DNA of 64,000 nucleotides, taken from contig JBHGNT010000017.1 of assembly GCA_043228905.1 (NCBI GenBank), forward strand, positions 17,422,001 through 17,486,000, given 5' to 3'. This document shows, one piece after another, positions 12,060 through 23,649 of this stretch. The notes below the pieces were generated by a model. That model worked only from the letters and a program-made list of their open reading frames with translations. It searched no databases and was not told where the DNA came from. The DNA comes from Azolla caroliniana (lineage: Eukaryota > Plantae > Polypodiophyta). The translations under genes and the position numbers were made by a program. Numbering within the stretch: the stretch's first letter is position 1; the number at the start of each line of letters is the position of its first letter.

Positions 12060-13062
12060 GCTATGTATGTGACGCAAACCCCTCCCATTTGCTCGTGATT
12101 ATTTGCTCCAATGTGTATGCGTGACTTGTACCAAACAATGTTCATGTTTCAATGCACTCTTTCTTCTCTTCTGGAACTTATATAAAAGAGTAAACAACAT
12201 AATTATTCCATCCAAGTAAATCACCCACTTAATAAACAAAAGTTACTTTTTCAGGTACAACAAACCTGGTATAGAGGCTTGTCGAAGATCAACCACATCA
12301 GGTGTTTCAACACAAGTGGGAGTATTGCAAAATTAAATAACCACAAAGCTCCAAAATTCACCATGAAGCAAAAGCAACATATAATAATATGAAGTGAGGA
12401 ATGATCAAAAGAAGAATATTACGTTGAGATACTATCTACAAATGTGATTCCAGCATCACGTTCCTCTTGTTCTAGCTCTTCTTCTTCCTCCTCTTCCAAG
12501 TCCCCCCAATGCTTCGACCTATCTATAAATTCTACCTATGAAAAGGAAAAGCATATAAAAAATGAAGGATTATGCACATCGAAACATAATAAACTAAATA
12601 TGGTCTACAAGACATACATCATACAGACCTCTCTAGCTCATGCTGGCGGATACCAAAGACATCACCATATAGAGGTTGTCGAAACTATATATTCAACGCA
12701 AACCATATCAAATGAAGCCCACATGTTCGCTACTGTTTTAATTTGCTTCTATGTAGGAATGCAATCAATTGTCTTCTCTGTTTTTCCCCTTCCTTGCTCA
12801 AGAATAAAGCATATAAAAAATGAAGGATTATGCACATCGAAACATAATAAACTAAATATGGTCTACAGGACATACATCATATAGACCTCTCTAGCTCATG
12901 CTGGCGGATACCAAAGACATCACCATATAGAGGTTGTCGAAACTATATATTCAACGCAAACCAGATCAAATGAGGCCCACATGTTCGCTACTGTTTCAAT
13001 TTGCTTCCGTGTAGGAATGCAATCAACTAGTTGTCTTCTCTATTTTTCCCCTTCCTTGCTCA
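12060..13062 (-). pseudogene. SF3B2: unprocessed pseudogene fragment of splicing factor 3B subunit 2 (SAP145), C-terminal exons
   Basis: Minus-strand exons read FRQPLYGDVFGIRQHELE (12684-12629, duplicated at 12942-12887), VEFIDRSKHWGDLEEEEEEELEQEERDAGITFVDSIS (about 12535-12423), TPTCVETPDVVDLR/KPLYQ (about 12324-12266) and VPEEKKECIET*TLFGTSHAY (from about 12177 down). These match plant SF3B2 motifs PLYGDVFG, KHWGDLEEEE, TPTGVETPD, LYQVLEEK and GTSHTY. There is an in-frame stop, a frameshifting deletion and AG->AA acceptors. Confidence 0.85.
12549..13062. repeat. near-identical tandem duplication of about 255 bp (2 copies)
   Basis: AAGCATATAAAAAATGAAGG...CCCTTCCTTGCTCA at about 12549-12800 and 12807-13062, with few mismatches. 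Each copy carries one SF3B2 exon. Confidence 0.95.
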
Positions 13063-13259
13063 CGATGAATGAAATTCCAATGTTCAATTTTCTCCTCCCA
13101 CACCATACATAGTTTATATATATATATATGGGTCACCAGAGGGTTACTTGGGCCAAAGAGAAAGAACCTGGTTAGCCGAGTTTACCGATCCAATGGAGAT
13201 TTACAATGGTTACACACATACAGACATATCTTTATGAGCCAAGGAATGGACACATACAT

Positions 13260-13527
13260 AAAAGAGAAACAGAGTAAGAGCAAAAAAACAGAGTGAAAGA
13301 GAAACAGAGAAAGAGAGAAAAAAACAGAGTGAAAGAGAAACAGAGTAAGAGGAAAAAAAAGAGTGAAAGAGAAACAGAGTAAGAGAGAAAAAAACAGAGT
13401 GAAAGAGAAACAGAGTAAGAGAGAAAAAAAAACAGAGTGAAAGAGATTCAGAGGAACAGAGTTAGAAGAAAAAAACAGAGTGAAAGAGAAACAGAGTAAG
13501 AGGAAAAAAAAAACAGAGTGAGAGAGA
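13260..13527. repeat. GA-rich minisatellite (about 33-bp unit AAAAAAACAGAGTGAAAGAGAAACAGAGTAAGAG, about 8 copies)
   Basis: Directly visible; ends about 10 bp before the NAA20 ATG. Confidence 0.9.
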
Positions 13528-13537
13528 AGTGCAGAGG

Positions 13538-16500
13538 ATGACAACAATTCGTCGCTTCTGCTGCGAGGATCTGCTCAGATTTAGCTCAGTCAATCTCGAC
13601 CATCTCACTGAAACTGTAAGGCTTTTATTCCCTAATTCCTATCAGAAAGAGAGATTTTCATTGGTTTGATGCATTTTTTTCTGTTTCTTTTCTTTTTGTA
13701 TGATATCTGATCTTGCATCCAGAAACAAACAATTCTTTTCTGGGTTTCCTTTGTTTTTTTTTCCTGTTCTGTTGCAGTTCAATATGTCTTTCTATCTCAC
13801 ATACTTGGCGAGATGGCCGGACTTCTTCCATGTTGCCGAAGGTCCAGGAGGGAGCATCATGGGCTACAGTAAGCAAATTCCTTCTTGTTTTAAGAAACAG
13901 AAAGAAAAAAGGAACTCCAAAACGACTTTGCTTGTTTATTCATTTCCTCCTAATGCTCCCCAAAAGTTTCATTATTTCTACCAATTGTCTTGGCCAACCC
14001 CCTCTATACAGAGAGGATGATAAAGTAGAGAGACATAGCCAATGGGGTATGATTGAGATGTCCGTTTCAACTGTTCAGTGATTTGATGTCATTACTTTGA
14101 TACACTGATGTGGCAAGTAGTTTAGAAGAAGTGATATATTGTGGAAAAAAGATGTGTGAAACTAAGGAGTTGAACCCATGACCTTGTGTTGATAGTCTAA
14201 ATAGCTGACTACAGGCACACCTATTTCGTTCATTCTACAGTTCAACTTATAATGGAGAATTTATGTTTTTTAAAAATAGCAGCATCCACTGTTACGGAGG
14301 GTCGTCTATTTTAAAGGTATTTACAAGGAAGACATCTCCATGTTCTCCTTTTGTAGGTCCATGCCATCCTTTTTTATGTTTCCATGTCCAAGTGTATCAA
14401 TTTAAAGAGAATGAAGAGATTTAAGAGATACATTTTGCATGCACTGCTATAATACACAAGAGGCCAGTATTATAGTAAGCCTAAAAACGGGAACCTTATC
14501 TCCAGCCACAAAATAATGCAATGCCATCCTTTTTTATGTTTCCATGTCCAAGTGTATCAATTTAAAGAGAATGAAGAGATTTAAGAGATACATTTTGCAT
14601 GCACTGCTATAATACACAAGAGGCCAGTATTATAGTAAGCCTAAAAACGGGAACCTTATCTCCAGCCACAAAATAATGCAATGCCATCCTTTTTTATGTT
14701 TCCATGTCCAAGTGTATCAATTTAAAGAGAATGAAGAGATTTAAGAGATACATTTTGCATGCACTGCTATAATACACAAGAGGCCAGTATTATAGTAAGC
14801 CTAAAAACGGGAACCTTATCTCCAGCCACAAAATAATGCAATGCCATCCTTTTTTATGTTTCCATGTCCAAGTGTATCAATTTAAAGAGAATGAAGAGAT
14901 TTAAGAGATACATTTTGCATGCACTGCTATAATACACAAGAGGCCAGTATTATAGTAAGCCTAAAAACGGGAACCTTATCTCCAGCCACAAAATAATGCA
15001 ATGCCATCCTTTTTTATGTTTCCATGTCCAAGTGTATCAATTTAAAGAGAATGAAGAGATTTAAGAGATACATTTTGCATGCACTGCTATAATACACAAG
15101 AGGCCAGTATTATAGTAAGCCTAAAAACGGGAACCTTATCTCCAGCCACAAAATAATGCAATGCCATCCTTTTTTATGTTTCCATGTCCAAGTGTATCAA
15201 TTTAAAGAGAATGAAGAGATTTAAGAGATACATTTTGCATGCACTGCTATAATACACAAGAGGCCAGTATTATAGTAAGCCTAAAAACGGGAACCTTATC
15301 TCCAGCCACAAAATAATGCAATGCCATCCTTTTTTATGTTTCCATGTCCAAGTGTATCAATTTAAAGAGAATGAAGAGATTTAAGAGATACATTTTGCAT
15401 GCACTGCTATAATACACAAGAGGCCAGTATTATAGTAAGCCTAAAAACGGGAACCTTATCTCCAGCCACAAAATAATGCAATGCCATCCTTTTTTATGTT
15501 TCCATGTCCAAGTGTATCAATTTAAAGAGAATGAAGAGATTTAAGAGATACATTTTGCATGCACTGCTATAATACACAAGAGGCCAGTATTATAGTAAGC
15601 CTAAAAACGGGAACCTTATCTCCAGCCACAAAATAATGCAATGCCATCCTTTTTTATGTTTCCATGTCCAAGTGTATCAATTTAAAGAGAATGAAGAGAT
15701 TTAAGAGATACATTTTGCATGCACTGCTATAATACACAAGAGGCCAGTATTATAGTAAGCCTAAAAACGGGAACCTTATCTCCAGCCACAAAATAATGCA
15801 ATGCCATCCTTTTTTATGTTTCCATGTCCAAGTGTATCAATTTAAAGAGAATGAAGAGATTTAAGAGATACATTTTGCATGCACTGCTATAATACACAAG
15901 AGGCCAGTATTATAGTAAGCCTAAAAACGGGAACCTTATCTCCAGCCACAAAATAATGCAAGTGACCTTGATTGCTCACTGTGCTAAATTCTTCAAGGTG
16001 GTAACTACTATTGTATTTGAATGAGGACATATGCCTGCGAGAGTTCTGAGATCTCTTATGGAGTTATAATTGGTATCATCGAAGAATACATGAATAATTT
16101 GTAGTATCCTAATGTCCTCTAAGCTAGACTAGGTTGCTAATAGTCCAGAGGCATTGATGAATCAATCCTTCAGAACATGTTATTGGATTGAATATTTTGA
16201 AATCAATGGCATTGGCAAAGTTTCCTCGACCACTTACGAAGAAAGGAATTGTTGAAAGATCTGCCTTGCATTAGAACCATGGGTTAATTGGACTTTTTTC
16301 TGTGGTGTGTAGTTATGGGAAAAGTTGAAGGGGAACGGGAGTCATGGCATGGTCATGTTACAGCTGTTACTGTAGCACCAGAGTACCGAAGACAACAACT
16401 TGCAAAGAAGTTAATGAACATTCTAGAAAACATCAGTGAGAAGACGTAGGTTCTGTTATGTTTTAAAGGGTATTACTCTCTTTTGTCGGGCCACAATCTT

Positions 16501-16945
16501 ATTGTGTCTGGATCGAGAGGTAATGAATGTGCTTTATTACATGTTACAGGTATAATGCATTCTTTGTCGATTTGTTTGTGAGAGCTTCAAATGCTCCAGC
16601 AATAAAGATGTATGAGAAGGTTAGTAACTCTGGATCGTCAATTTCCAAACCTGATGTTTCTTAATGAATACTAATGGAGAGAGTGTACGTATCCTCATGG
16701 CCATATTTGTAGCTCGGATATGTAATTTATCGCCGTGTTTTGCGATATTATTCAGGTGACGAAGATGGTTTAGGTGAGTATTGAAAATGTGCTGCATTTG
16801 AATCGTAAGGCTTTCATAAATTTCATTGTTGATGGGCATATGCGTATTGACAGATATGAGGAAAGCACTCCCGAGGGATGTCAACAAGAAATCCATTATA
16901 CCTTTGCAGAAGCCTGTCACCCCTGAAGAGTTGGAATATGATTAG
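13538..16945 (+). CDS. NAA20: N-terminal acetyltransferase B catalytic subunit, 174 aa, 6 exons
   Basis: Exons 13538-13615, 13778-13868, 16313-16445, 16550-16619, 16713-16773 and 16854-16945 (525 nt, all GT-AG, phases consistent). They give MTTIRRFCCEDLLRFSSVNLDHLTETFNMSFYLTYLARWPD...WHGHVTAVTVAPEYRRQQLAKKLM...FVDLFVRASN...YRRVLRYYSGDEDGLDMRKALPRD...PEELEYD*. Confidence 0.97.
14361..15960. repeat. tandem array of 10 x 160 bp in NAA20 intron 2
   Basis: Unit ATGCCATCCTTTTTTATG...CCACAAAATAATGCA starts at 14361, 14521, 14681 ... 15801. No differences between units seen by eye. Confidence 0.97.
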
Positions 16946-19316
16946 CTTTCCTTTTGACACTGCTAAAGGTTAATGACAGGTTTTTCTTTGAAGTTTTTTT
17001 TAGCATTTATTGTTATGAGAGGCTATTGGTTTCAAACCACAATTGAGGTGAAACCATTTCGAGAGAGGGCATTATATTTGTGTATTTACAACTAAACCCA
17101 ATTTTTCTTTGTTTGTTTCAGGAAGTTAGTAAGCGCCGGATGATTGGGTTTAAGGAGTTTCTGATATGCTGCCTGTATTGGCTTCTCTAATAAGAAGAAT
17201 AGCATTGCATGTTTGTTAGATGATAGGGAAGAGAGGGAGGCCGGGACCTCTGGTGATGTTAAGATTCATATTTGGAATCTCCGGAAGCAAAATGTAGTCT
17301 ACTCTCTGAGTCTGTCTTTGAGCTGTATTGAATAATACATCATTTTCAACAGTGATAGAAGAATGATATGGAATGTGTCTCAATTCTTGATCAATCTGTT
17401 CGCCAATGGTATTGATTGTATTCAGCTGTATCTTTGCTAAGATTTGGAGAGCTATTTACTTGAGAGTTGCACAGCAGTCATTGCACCTGTTGAAAGTCAA
17501 GATTGGAGCATGTAATTCCCAGTCAGTCATGCATCAGGCCTCACATCTCGTGTTCAGGTATTAGATTTATATAGTAAATGTAAAGAAGTGGCTCATATCA
17601 TGCTTCCATATACCAAGCTGGTGCAAAGTTATCCTCTTGATTATTAATAGCTGTTGAACATGAACGGCAATGATCGGATGTGTAGACATGCATGAGATTT
17701 ATTCAATGAATTTGACTTAAATTTGCAAGTTTTGCCATGTCTTTCCACACAACATGGCATTTCTCCTGACTTACATCTCTGATACTATTACATGATTAAG
17801 ATTGATTCATTGAATTGGGCTTAAACTGTGAAGTTTTGGGCGTGTCTTTCTACAAACACGGCATTTCTTGTGACATATACCTCTGGTGTGATGCCCTCCG
17901 TTTTATAGACTATCTCATGTGTAGTAGAAGATCTTTGATGATTAAAGCAATACTTGTTTTGAATTACTTGATGCATTGAAAATGCAACAATGTTGAAGCT
18001 ACCCATATGATTGTAAGGATTACAAACTTTTAAGTTCTCGAATGCTTTGACATATTCATGAGAAAATACCAACTAGTCTAGTCCATATACACAATAGATT
18101 AAAAAATCAAAGCAAGACTTAAATCCTTGAAGTTTGATATCCCCTAGGATTGAAACAAGCCAATTCTACATGAAGTCCATGAGATGCACAAGTAGTTGAA
18201 GTACCTGTTTCAACATTTAAAATAAAATCTTCCAAATGATTGAAGATCTATAGTATGGTATCATATTTGTCATACCTACGGTTTTAATGCCCTTTAAAGT
18301 TATCCAAGAGGGCATAACGAGAGGGTGATTGATAAGGTTCATGTGTACATAAGGTTAATATTCAGATATAAACATGCGTACTGGTGGATAAACAACAATC
18401 ACACCCACAATTCCAAGTTAATTGCAATCATAAAGGGAAAGTTAGTGAGACAAACCAAAAACTACATTGTCATCACAACACAATGATAAAAATGAAAATG
18501 TATGTTGGAATTTTGAAAGGCTCAATATGATTTTTTTTCTGAAGTTTCCATCAGCAAAATCTTCTGCTTTGAACTGAAGGTCGATCAAACAAATTAACAT
18601 CAGTATGGACATCAAGAATCATTAACTCTGGAAGTTAAGCTATTCTTGCATTCAAATCTATGTATAGACCAATTCTGCAACCACCAAATTTGGCACATAT
18701 GATATTGCTGCTCTCTACTAACTAATAGTGTGCGTAACATATGATATATACCGTGAGATACAATGGTGATTTACGACCGACATCTTTGGCGTAACACAAA
18801 TGTATTGTTAGACGCTGAAATGTGGGCGTAGAAATGATGTAATAATATACTCCTCTGTTTCTATTGCCTTCATTGATACCCTGGTCTGGAAACAGAGCAT
18901 CACTGCAATGGTTGTGAATGAAATGATGGAGATCATGAAAAGCCTAGATGAAGTTCCTCCGGGAAAGATTGTGGGATCCAGAAGAATACTTGGAAATCAT
19001 CCCCCATGGCTGTGGGAGACAGAAAATCTTACCACACATCTGAGAATACCCTATTTTACATCAAGCAAAGCAAGGAACCAAGATGTATTCTGTTTTTTGT
19101 CTTGTTTTGAAAGTCATGTGATGTAATGTTCCCCCACCTTTTCTCTGCTGGCATTTCAGTCATCTTGCCTAAGGTGCAATAAACACGGAAAAAGCTTAAA
19201 GATAACACTTCACAATGTGCAACATTTGTGTGCCCATACTGTAGAAACAGGGGCAGTTTCACATGTCTCTTTGTGTATTTTTGTTCTCCAGATATTTGTG
19301 GATGTGGGATTCATAA

Positions 19317-22300
19317 ATGATGCTTACTACATCTTCGAATCGATTGTTGTATCAATCCGAGCTTTCATGGGATTCTCTTATTACAAGCTATATCAAAAGT
19401 GGAAATACAGAGAAAGCTTTTGCACTCTATGGAGAACAGCAGAAGGATGTGTCTGTGTCTATTAGCGGACATACATATGTGGCATTGCTTCAAGCTTGTG
19501 GAAAATGCCAGGATTTAAAGAGAGGTCTTGAAATACACGATAAGGTGGACGTATTAGGATTGCTGAAAAGCGATATTTTTATTGGGAATTCATTGATTGA
19601 TATGTATGCAAAGTGTGGGTCTCTTGAGAAAGCACAACAAGTGTTTGATACACTGCTTGTTCGGGACGTGGTGTCTTGGACTTCATTGATTTCAGGATAT
19701 TCTGAACATGGCCATGGGGAAGAGGCACTCAACTACTTTAAACGCATGCGAGTTGAAGCTATGTCTCCAAATTCAGTTACGATTCTTTGCATTTTGAAAG
19801 CATGTGTCAGCATTGGAGCGGTGGACAAAGGTGAAGCAATACATGCTGAGGTTGAAGGGAGTATTTTGTATGGAAGAGATCTGGCAGTTTGGAACACCTT
19901 GATTGATATGTACATCAAATGTGGATTACTTTCTAAAGCATGCATATTGTTTGACAGCCTTTCGGTCCATAATGTTGTGTCATGGACCACACTTATATCT
20001 GGATACACTGATAATGGTCTTGGTGAAGAAGCACTCAAGTGTTTTGAACAAATGCAAATGGAGGGTATCTTTCCAGATGTCTTCACCTTTGCTTGCAGTT
20101 TTAAAGCTTGTGCTAGTGTAGGAGCTGTAAGGAAAGGAGAAGAAATTCATGTTAGCCTTGGAGAAAAAGGTTTGGAAAGAGACATTTTCCTTTGCAATGC
20201 ATTGATTGACATGTATGCGAAAAATGGGTACTTCACAAATGCACAGGACTTGCTTTACAAGATTCAGGTTCCTGAAGTTGTTTCATGGACTACTTTGATC
20301 TCAGGATATGCTGAGTGTGGCCTTGGAGATCAAGCACTTAATTGTTTTGAGCAGATGCAATTTGAGGGTGTTCTTCCAAATAGTGCCACTTTTTGTGGTA
20401 GCTTACAAGCATGTTGCCACATGAGAAACATTAACACAATTCAAAGAATTCATGCAAAGATTGCATGGTTGGGTATTTTGGACAAGGACATTGTTATTCT
20501 TAACACATTGCTTGGTACATATATTAAATGCAAATCCCTCATAGAAGCACAGAAAGTCTTTGAAAGGACACGTGTTCGAGATGTAGTTATATGGACAACA
20601 CTTGTGGCAGGATATATAGAATATGGGGATGGGAATAGAGCACTACAATGTTTGGAGCAGATGCAACATGATGATATCACTCCAGACATTGTTACATTAG
20701 TCTTCAGTTTGAAAGCGTGTGGCTGCCTAGGAGATCAAAAGAAGATTGAAATTTGTCATAGTGAGATGGTGGAAAAGGGACTGGACCAGGAAGTTGTTGC
20801 AGCAAGCACATTGGTGGATATCTATGCGAAATGTGGTTTGGTTGTGGAAGCACAGGATATCTTTGAGAAGCTTCCTTTCCAAGGTATCGCCTCATGGAAC
20901 GCCTTGATTGGAGGATATGCTGAACAAGGGGATGGTGAAAAAGCTCTTGAATATTATGATCGAATGGTACTTTTAGGAGTTCCACCAGATTCTTACACAA
21001 TAGTTTCCAGCCTAAAAGCTTGTTCTGATATAGGATACTTAGACAAAGGTAGAGAAATACACGCGGAGATCATGAAGAAGGGGTATATGGAAAATAGTGG
21101 AATCAGCAACATGCTAGTTGATTTTTATGGCCAATGTGGTTTAGTCTACATTGCACAGAAAATCTTTGACAAGTTTCGATTCAAAGACATTGTATCATGG
21201 AATGCACTAATTACAGCATATGCTGAATTCGGACATGCTGAAGAAGCACTTGCATGTCTTAGGAAGATGCAACTCGGTGGCATTACCCCAAATGCCATCA
21301 CATATACTAGCATCTTGAAAGTTTGTGTTAACATAGGATTCACAGAAAGTGCCAAAGAAATTCATGATGAAATAGAGAAGGAAGGGTTATTGGAAAAAGA
21401 CATTTTTATTGGCAATAGCTTAGTTGATATGTATGCGAAATGTGGTTTGCTCGCGAAGGCAAAGCAAGTATTTAATAAACTCCCTGAATTGAGTGTTGTC
21501 TCATGGACAGCGTTAATTGCAGGGTATTCTGAACACGAGCATTGTGAGGATGCACTGAAATGTTTCCAAGAGATGCAACTTCATGGCATTTCCCCTAATT
21601 CTGTCACATTTATTTGTAGCTTAAAAGCATGTGGTAATCTACGAGCTATAGGACAAGGTCAAGAAATACATTCTCAAATCACAAGCAAGGGGCTTTTAGA
21701 AAAAAATCTTGTGATTGGCAATGGTTTGATAGATATGTATGCTAAATGTGCCTGTCTTGTAGAGGCATATGAAGTGTTTGACAAGCTTCTAGTCCGAAAT
21801 GTCATCTCATGGACTGCACTTATTGCAGCATGTGTCGAGTGTGGCCATGATGATGAAGCACTGAAGTGTTTTGAAAAGATGCGACAACATGGTGTTTCAC
21901 CTGATGCTTCAACATTTATTTACTGTTTAAGAGCTTGTGGAAGTATAGGAGCCAAGTTCAGAGGCCTTGAAATACATGCTGAAATTGAAAGAATGGGCTT
22001 GCAAGATCAGATCCTTGTTTCTTTGGTTGATATGTATGCCAAATGTGGTAGGCTTGCCATGGCACAGCAAGTATTCAGCAAACTTTCAGTAAGAAATCCG
22101 GCATCGTGGAATGCGTTAATTGCAGGGTTTGCAGAGCACGGCGATGCTCAGGAAGTGTTGCGATGCATAGGGACAATGTGGCTTGAGGACATCTTTCCGA
22201 ATGCTAAAACGTTTGTTCATGGTTTGAAAGCATGTCAGATTGTACAAGACATGGGCAGTGGTCGGGTATTACACGCCGAGATTGAAGGTGAAACCTTAAT

Positions 22301-23141
22301 GGCAGGAGATCTTATTGGAAACTCTTTAATTGAAATGTACACCAGTTGCGGTGCACTTGAAGATGCACAAGAGGTTTTTAATCACCTTCCCACTCACGAT
22401 GTTGTTTCATGGACCGTGTTAATCTCTGCTTACACTGAACATGAAAATGGTGTTGAAGCATTGAAGTGTTTCTCAGAAATGCAAACTGATGGTGTCCCCC
22501 CAGATCTCATTACGTTTGTTTGCACATTAAAAGCTTGCGGTGATGTTGGAGCAAAAGAGAAGGGGCTAGAATTACATGCTGAGATAGAAAGGAAAGGCTT
22601 TTCCCGACAAAATTTGTCAGTGTGCAATACTCTGGTGAATATGTATGCCAAATGTGGTTTGATTCTTGAAGCACGAAAAATGTTTGAAAGCCTTAATGTT
22701 CGTGATGTAGTTTCTTGGAATGCATTAATGACAGGATATGTGGAGTTGGGAGATAGTGAGACTGTTTTCCAATCTTTTGATACAATGCTACAGCAAGGTT
22801 TTAAGCCAGATGAAGTCACACTCCTTGTTATTCTCAATGCATGCCGCCACATGGGTCTCTTTGATAAGTACCAGAGTTATTTAGAGTCGATGAGCCAAAG
22901 TTACGGAATTGACCCAACTGTCAAACATGTTACTGGGATGGTTGATTCACTTTGCCACTCTGGCCAATTAGATGTTGCAGTCGAGATTATTGAGAGAATG
23001 CCATCACGTCCAAATCTTGTGATGTGGCGGTCTGTGTTAAGTATGTGTAAGCGGTGGGGAAATTCCACAATTGGGAGAGAAGCTTTCGATAAAACTATTT
23101 GTCTTGGCATAAATAATTCCATTGATTACCCCTTGACATAA
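19317..23141 (+). CDS. very long PLS-class PPR protein (about 36 motifs) with truncated E domain, PPR gene 2
   Basis: 1274-aa ORF with 11 S-type xYxKCG-like motifs in P-L-S triplets, then P2-L2-S2 and E1 (WRSVLSMCKRWGN). It stops before E2. The 5' end appears frameshifted (see findings). Confidence 0.93.
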   Translation: MMLTTSSNRLLYQSELSWDSLITSYIKSGNTEKAFALYGEQQKDVSVSISGHTYVALLQACGKCQDLKRGLEIHDKVDVLGLLKSDIFIGNSLIDMYAKCGSLEKAQQVFDTLLVRDVVSWTSLISGYSEHGHGEEALNYFKRMRVEAMSPNSVTILCILKACVSIGAVDKGEAIHAEVEGSILYGRDLAVWNTLIDMYIKCGLLSKACILFDSLSVHNVVSWTTLISGYTDNGLGEEALKCFEQMQMEGIFPDVFTFACSFKACASVGAVRKGEEIHVSLGEKGLERDIFLCNALIDMYAKNGYFTNAQDLLYKIQVPEVVSWTTLISGYAECGLGDQALNCFEQMQFEGVLPNSATFCGSLQACCHMRNINTIQRIHAKIAWLGILDKDIVILNTLLGTYIKCKSLIEAQKVFERTRVRDVVIWTTLVAGYIEYGDGNRALQCLEQMQHDDITPDIVTLVFSLKACGCLGDQKKIEICHSEMVEKGLDQEVVAASTLVDIYAKCGLVVEAQDIFEKLPFQGIASWNALIGGYAEQGDGEKALEYYDRMVLLGVPPDSYTIVSSLKACSDIGYLDKGREIHAEIMKKGYMENSGISNMLVDFYGQCGLVYIAQKIFDKFRFKDIVSWNALITAYAEFGHAEEALACLRKMQLGGITPNAITYTSILKVCVNIGFTESAKEIHDEIEKEGLLEKDIFIGNSLVDMYAKCGLLAKAKQVFNKLPELSVVSWTALIAGYSEHEHCEDALKCFQEMQLHGISPNSVTFICSLKACGNLRAIGQGQEIHSQITSKGLLEKNLVIGNGLIDMYAKCACLVEAYEVFDKLLVRNVISWTALIAACVECGHDDEALKCFEKMRQHGVSPDASTFIYCLRACGSIGAKFRGLEIHAEIERMGLQDQILVSLVDMYAKCGRLAMAQQVFSKLSVRNPASWNALIAGFAEHGDAQEVLRCIGTMWLEDIFPNAKTFVHGLKACQIVQDMGSGRVLHAEIEGETLMAGDLIGNSLIEMYTSCGALEDAQEVFNHLPTHDVVSWTVLISAYTEHENGVEALKCFSEMQTDGVPPDLITFVCTLKACGDVGAKEKGLELHAEIERKGFSRQNLSVCNTLVNMYAKCGLILEARKMFESLNVRDVVSWNALMTGYVELGDSETVFQSFDTMLQQGFKPDEVTLLVILNACRHMGLFDKYQSYLESMSQSYGIDPTVKHVTGMVDSLCHSGQLDVAVEIIERMPSRPNLVMWRSVLSMCKRWGNSTIGREAFDKTICLGINNSIDYPLT

Positions 23142-23505
23142 AGTTAAAATCTGATTTGTTTAGTGGCAACATCATTCATACAAACTTGAACACTAGGGAA
23201 ATACCAAGAGAGCAGCTTTAAATAAAACACAATGTCTTAGCATAACTAACTTGGCTGATACCCCGTTGGTACAAAACTGAAATCTAATACCTTTGATACA
23301 GAAACTAAACACTGGGAAAATACAACAATTGAGAAAGCTTTTGATAAAACCATGTCATGACGTAATTAAGTCAGTTGATTACAGAAACTTAACACTGGGA
23401 AAATACAACAATTGAGAAAGCTTTTGATAAAACCATGTCTTGACATAATTAATTCAGTTGATTACCCCTTAATAAAAAACTAAAATCTGTTGTGTTTAGT
23501 ATGTT
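23055..23505. repeat. degenerate tandem duplications of the E1-coding 3' end of PPR gene 2
   Basis: GGGAAA..ACAATTG.GAGAA(A)GCTTT.GATAAAAC...TTGATTAC occurs in the CDS end and recurs at about 23196, 23315 and 23397. Confidence 0.75.
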
Positions 23506-23649
23506 ATCTTTGTTACAATGCATACACAAGTAATCTCCAAATGACGAGTAATTGAACTACAAGAGAGTGACGATATAGGAAGCTACCAAATTGAGTGGTA
23601 TATATACATATATATGCGCACTAACTTTGAAAGGAGGTATTATGCAAGA

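Noticed and set aside
12444-12884. 146-aa plus-strand ORF with poly-Ser and an internal repeat
   Set aside because: Antisense of the SF3B2 poly-Glu exon plus the tandem duplication.
13182-13547. 121-aa F/L/S-rich ORF
   Set aside because: Translation of the GA-rich minisatellite.
14361-15960. CRISPR-like array
   Set aside because: Units are head-to-tail identical with no unique spacers, lie in a eukaryotic intron, and no cas genes are present.
19124-19126. TAA that U-to-C editing could convert to CAA
   Set aside because: Fern U-to-C editing is known from organellar transcripts; this is a nuclear locus and a frameshift would remain.
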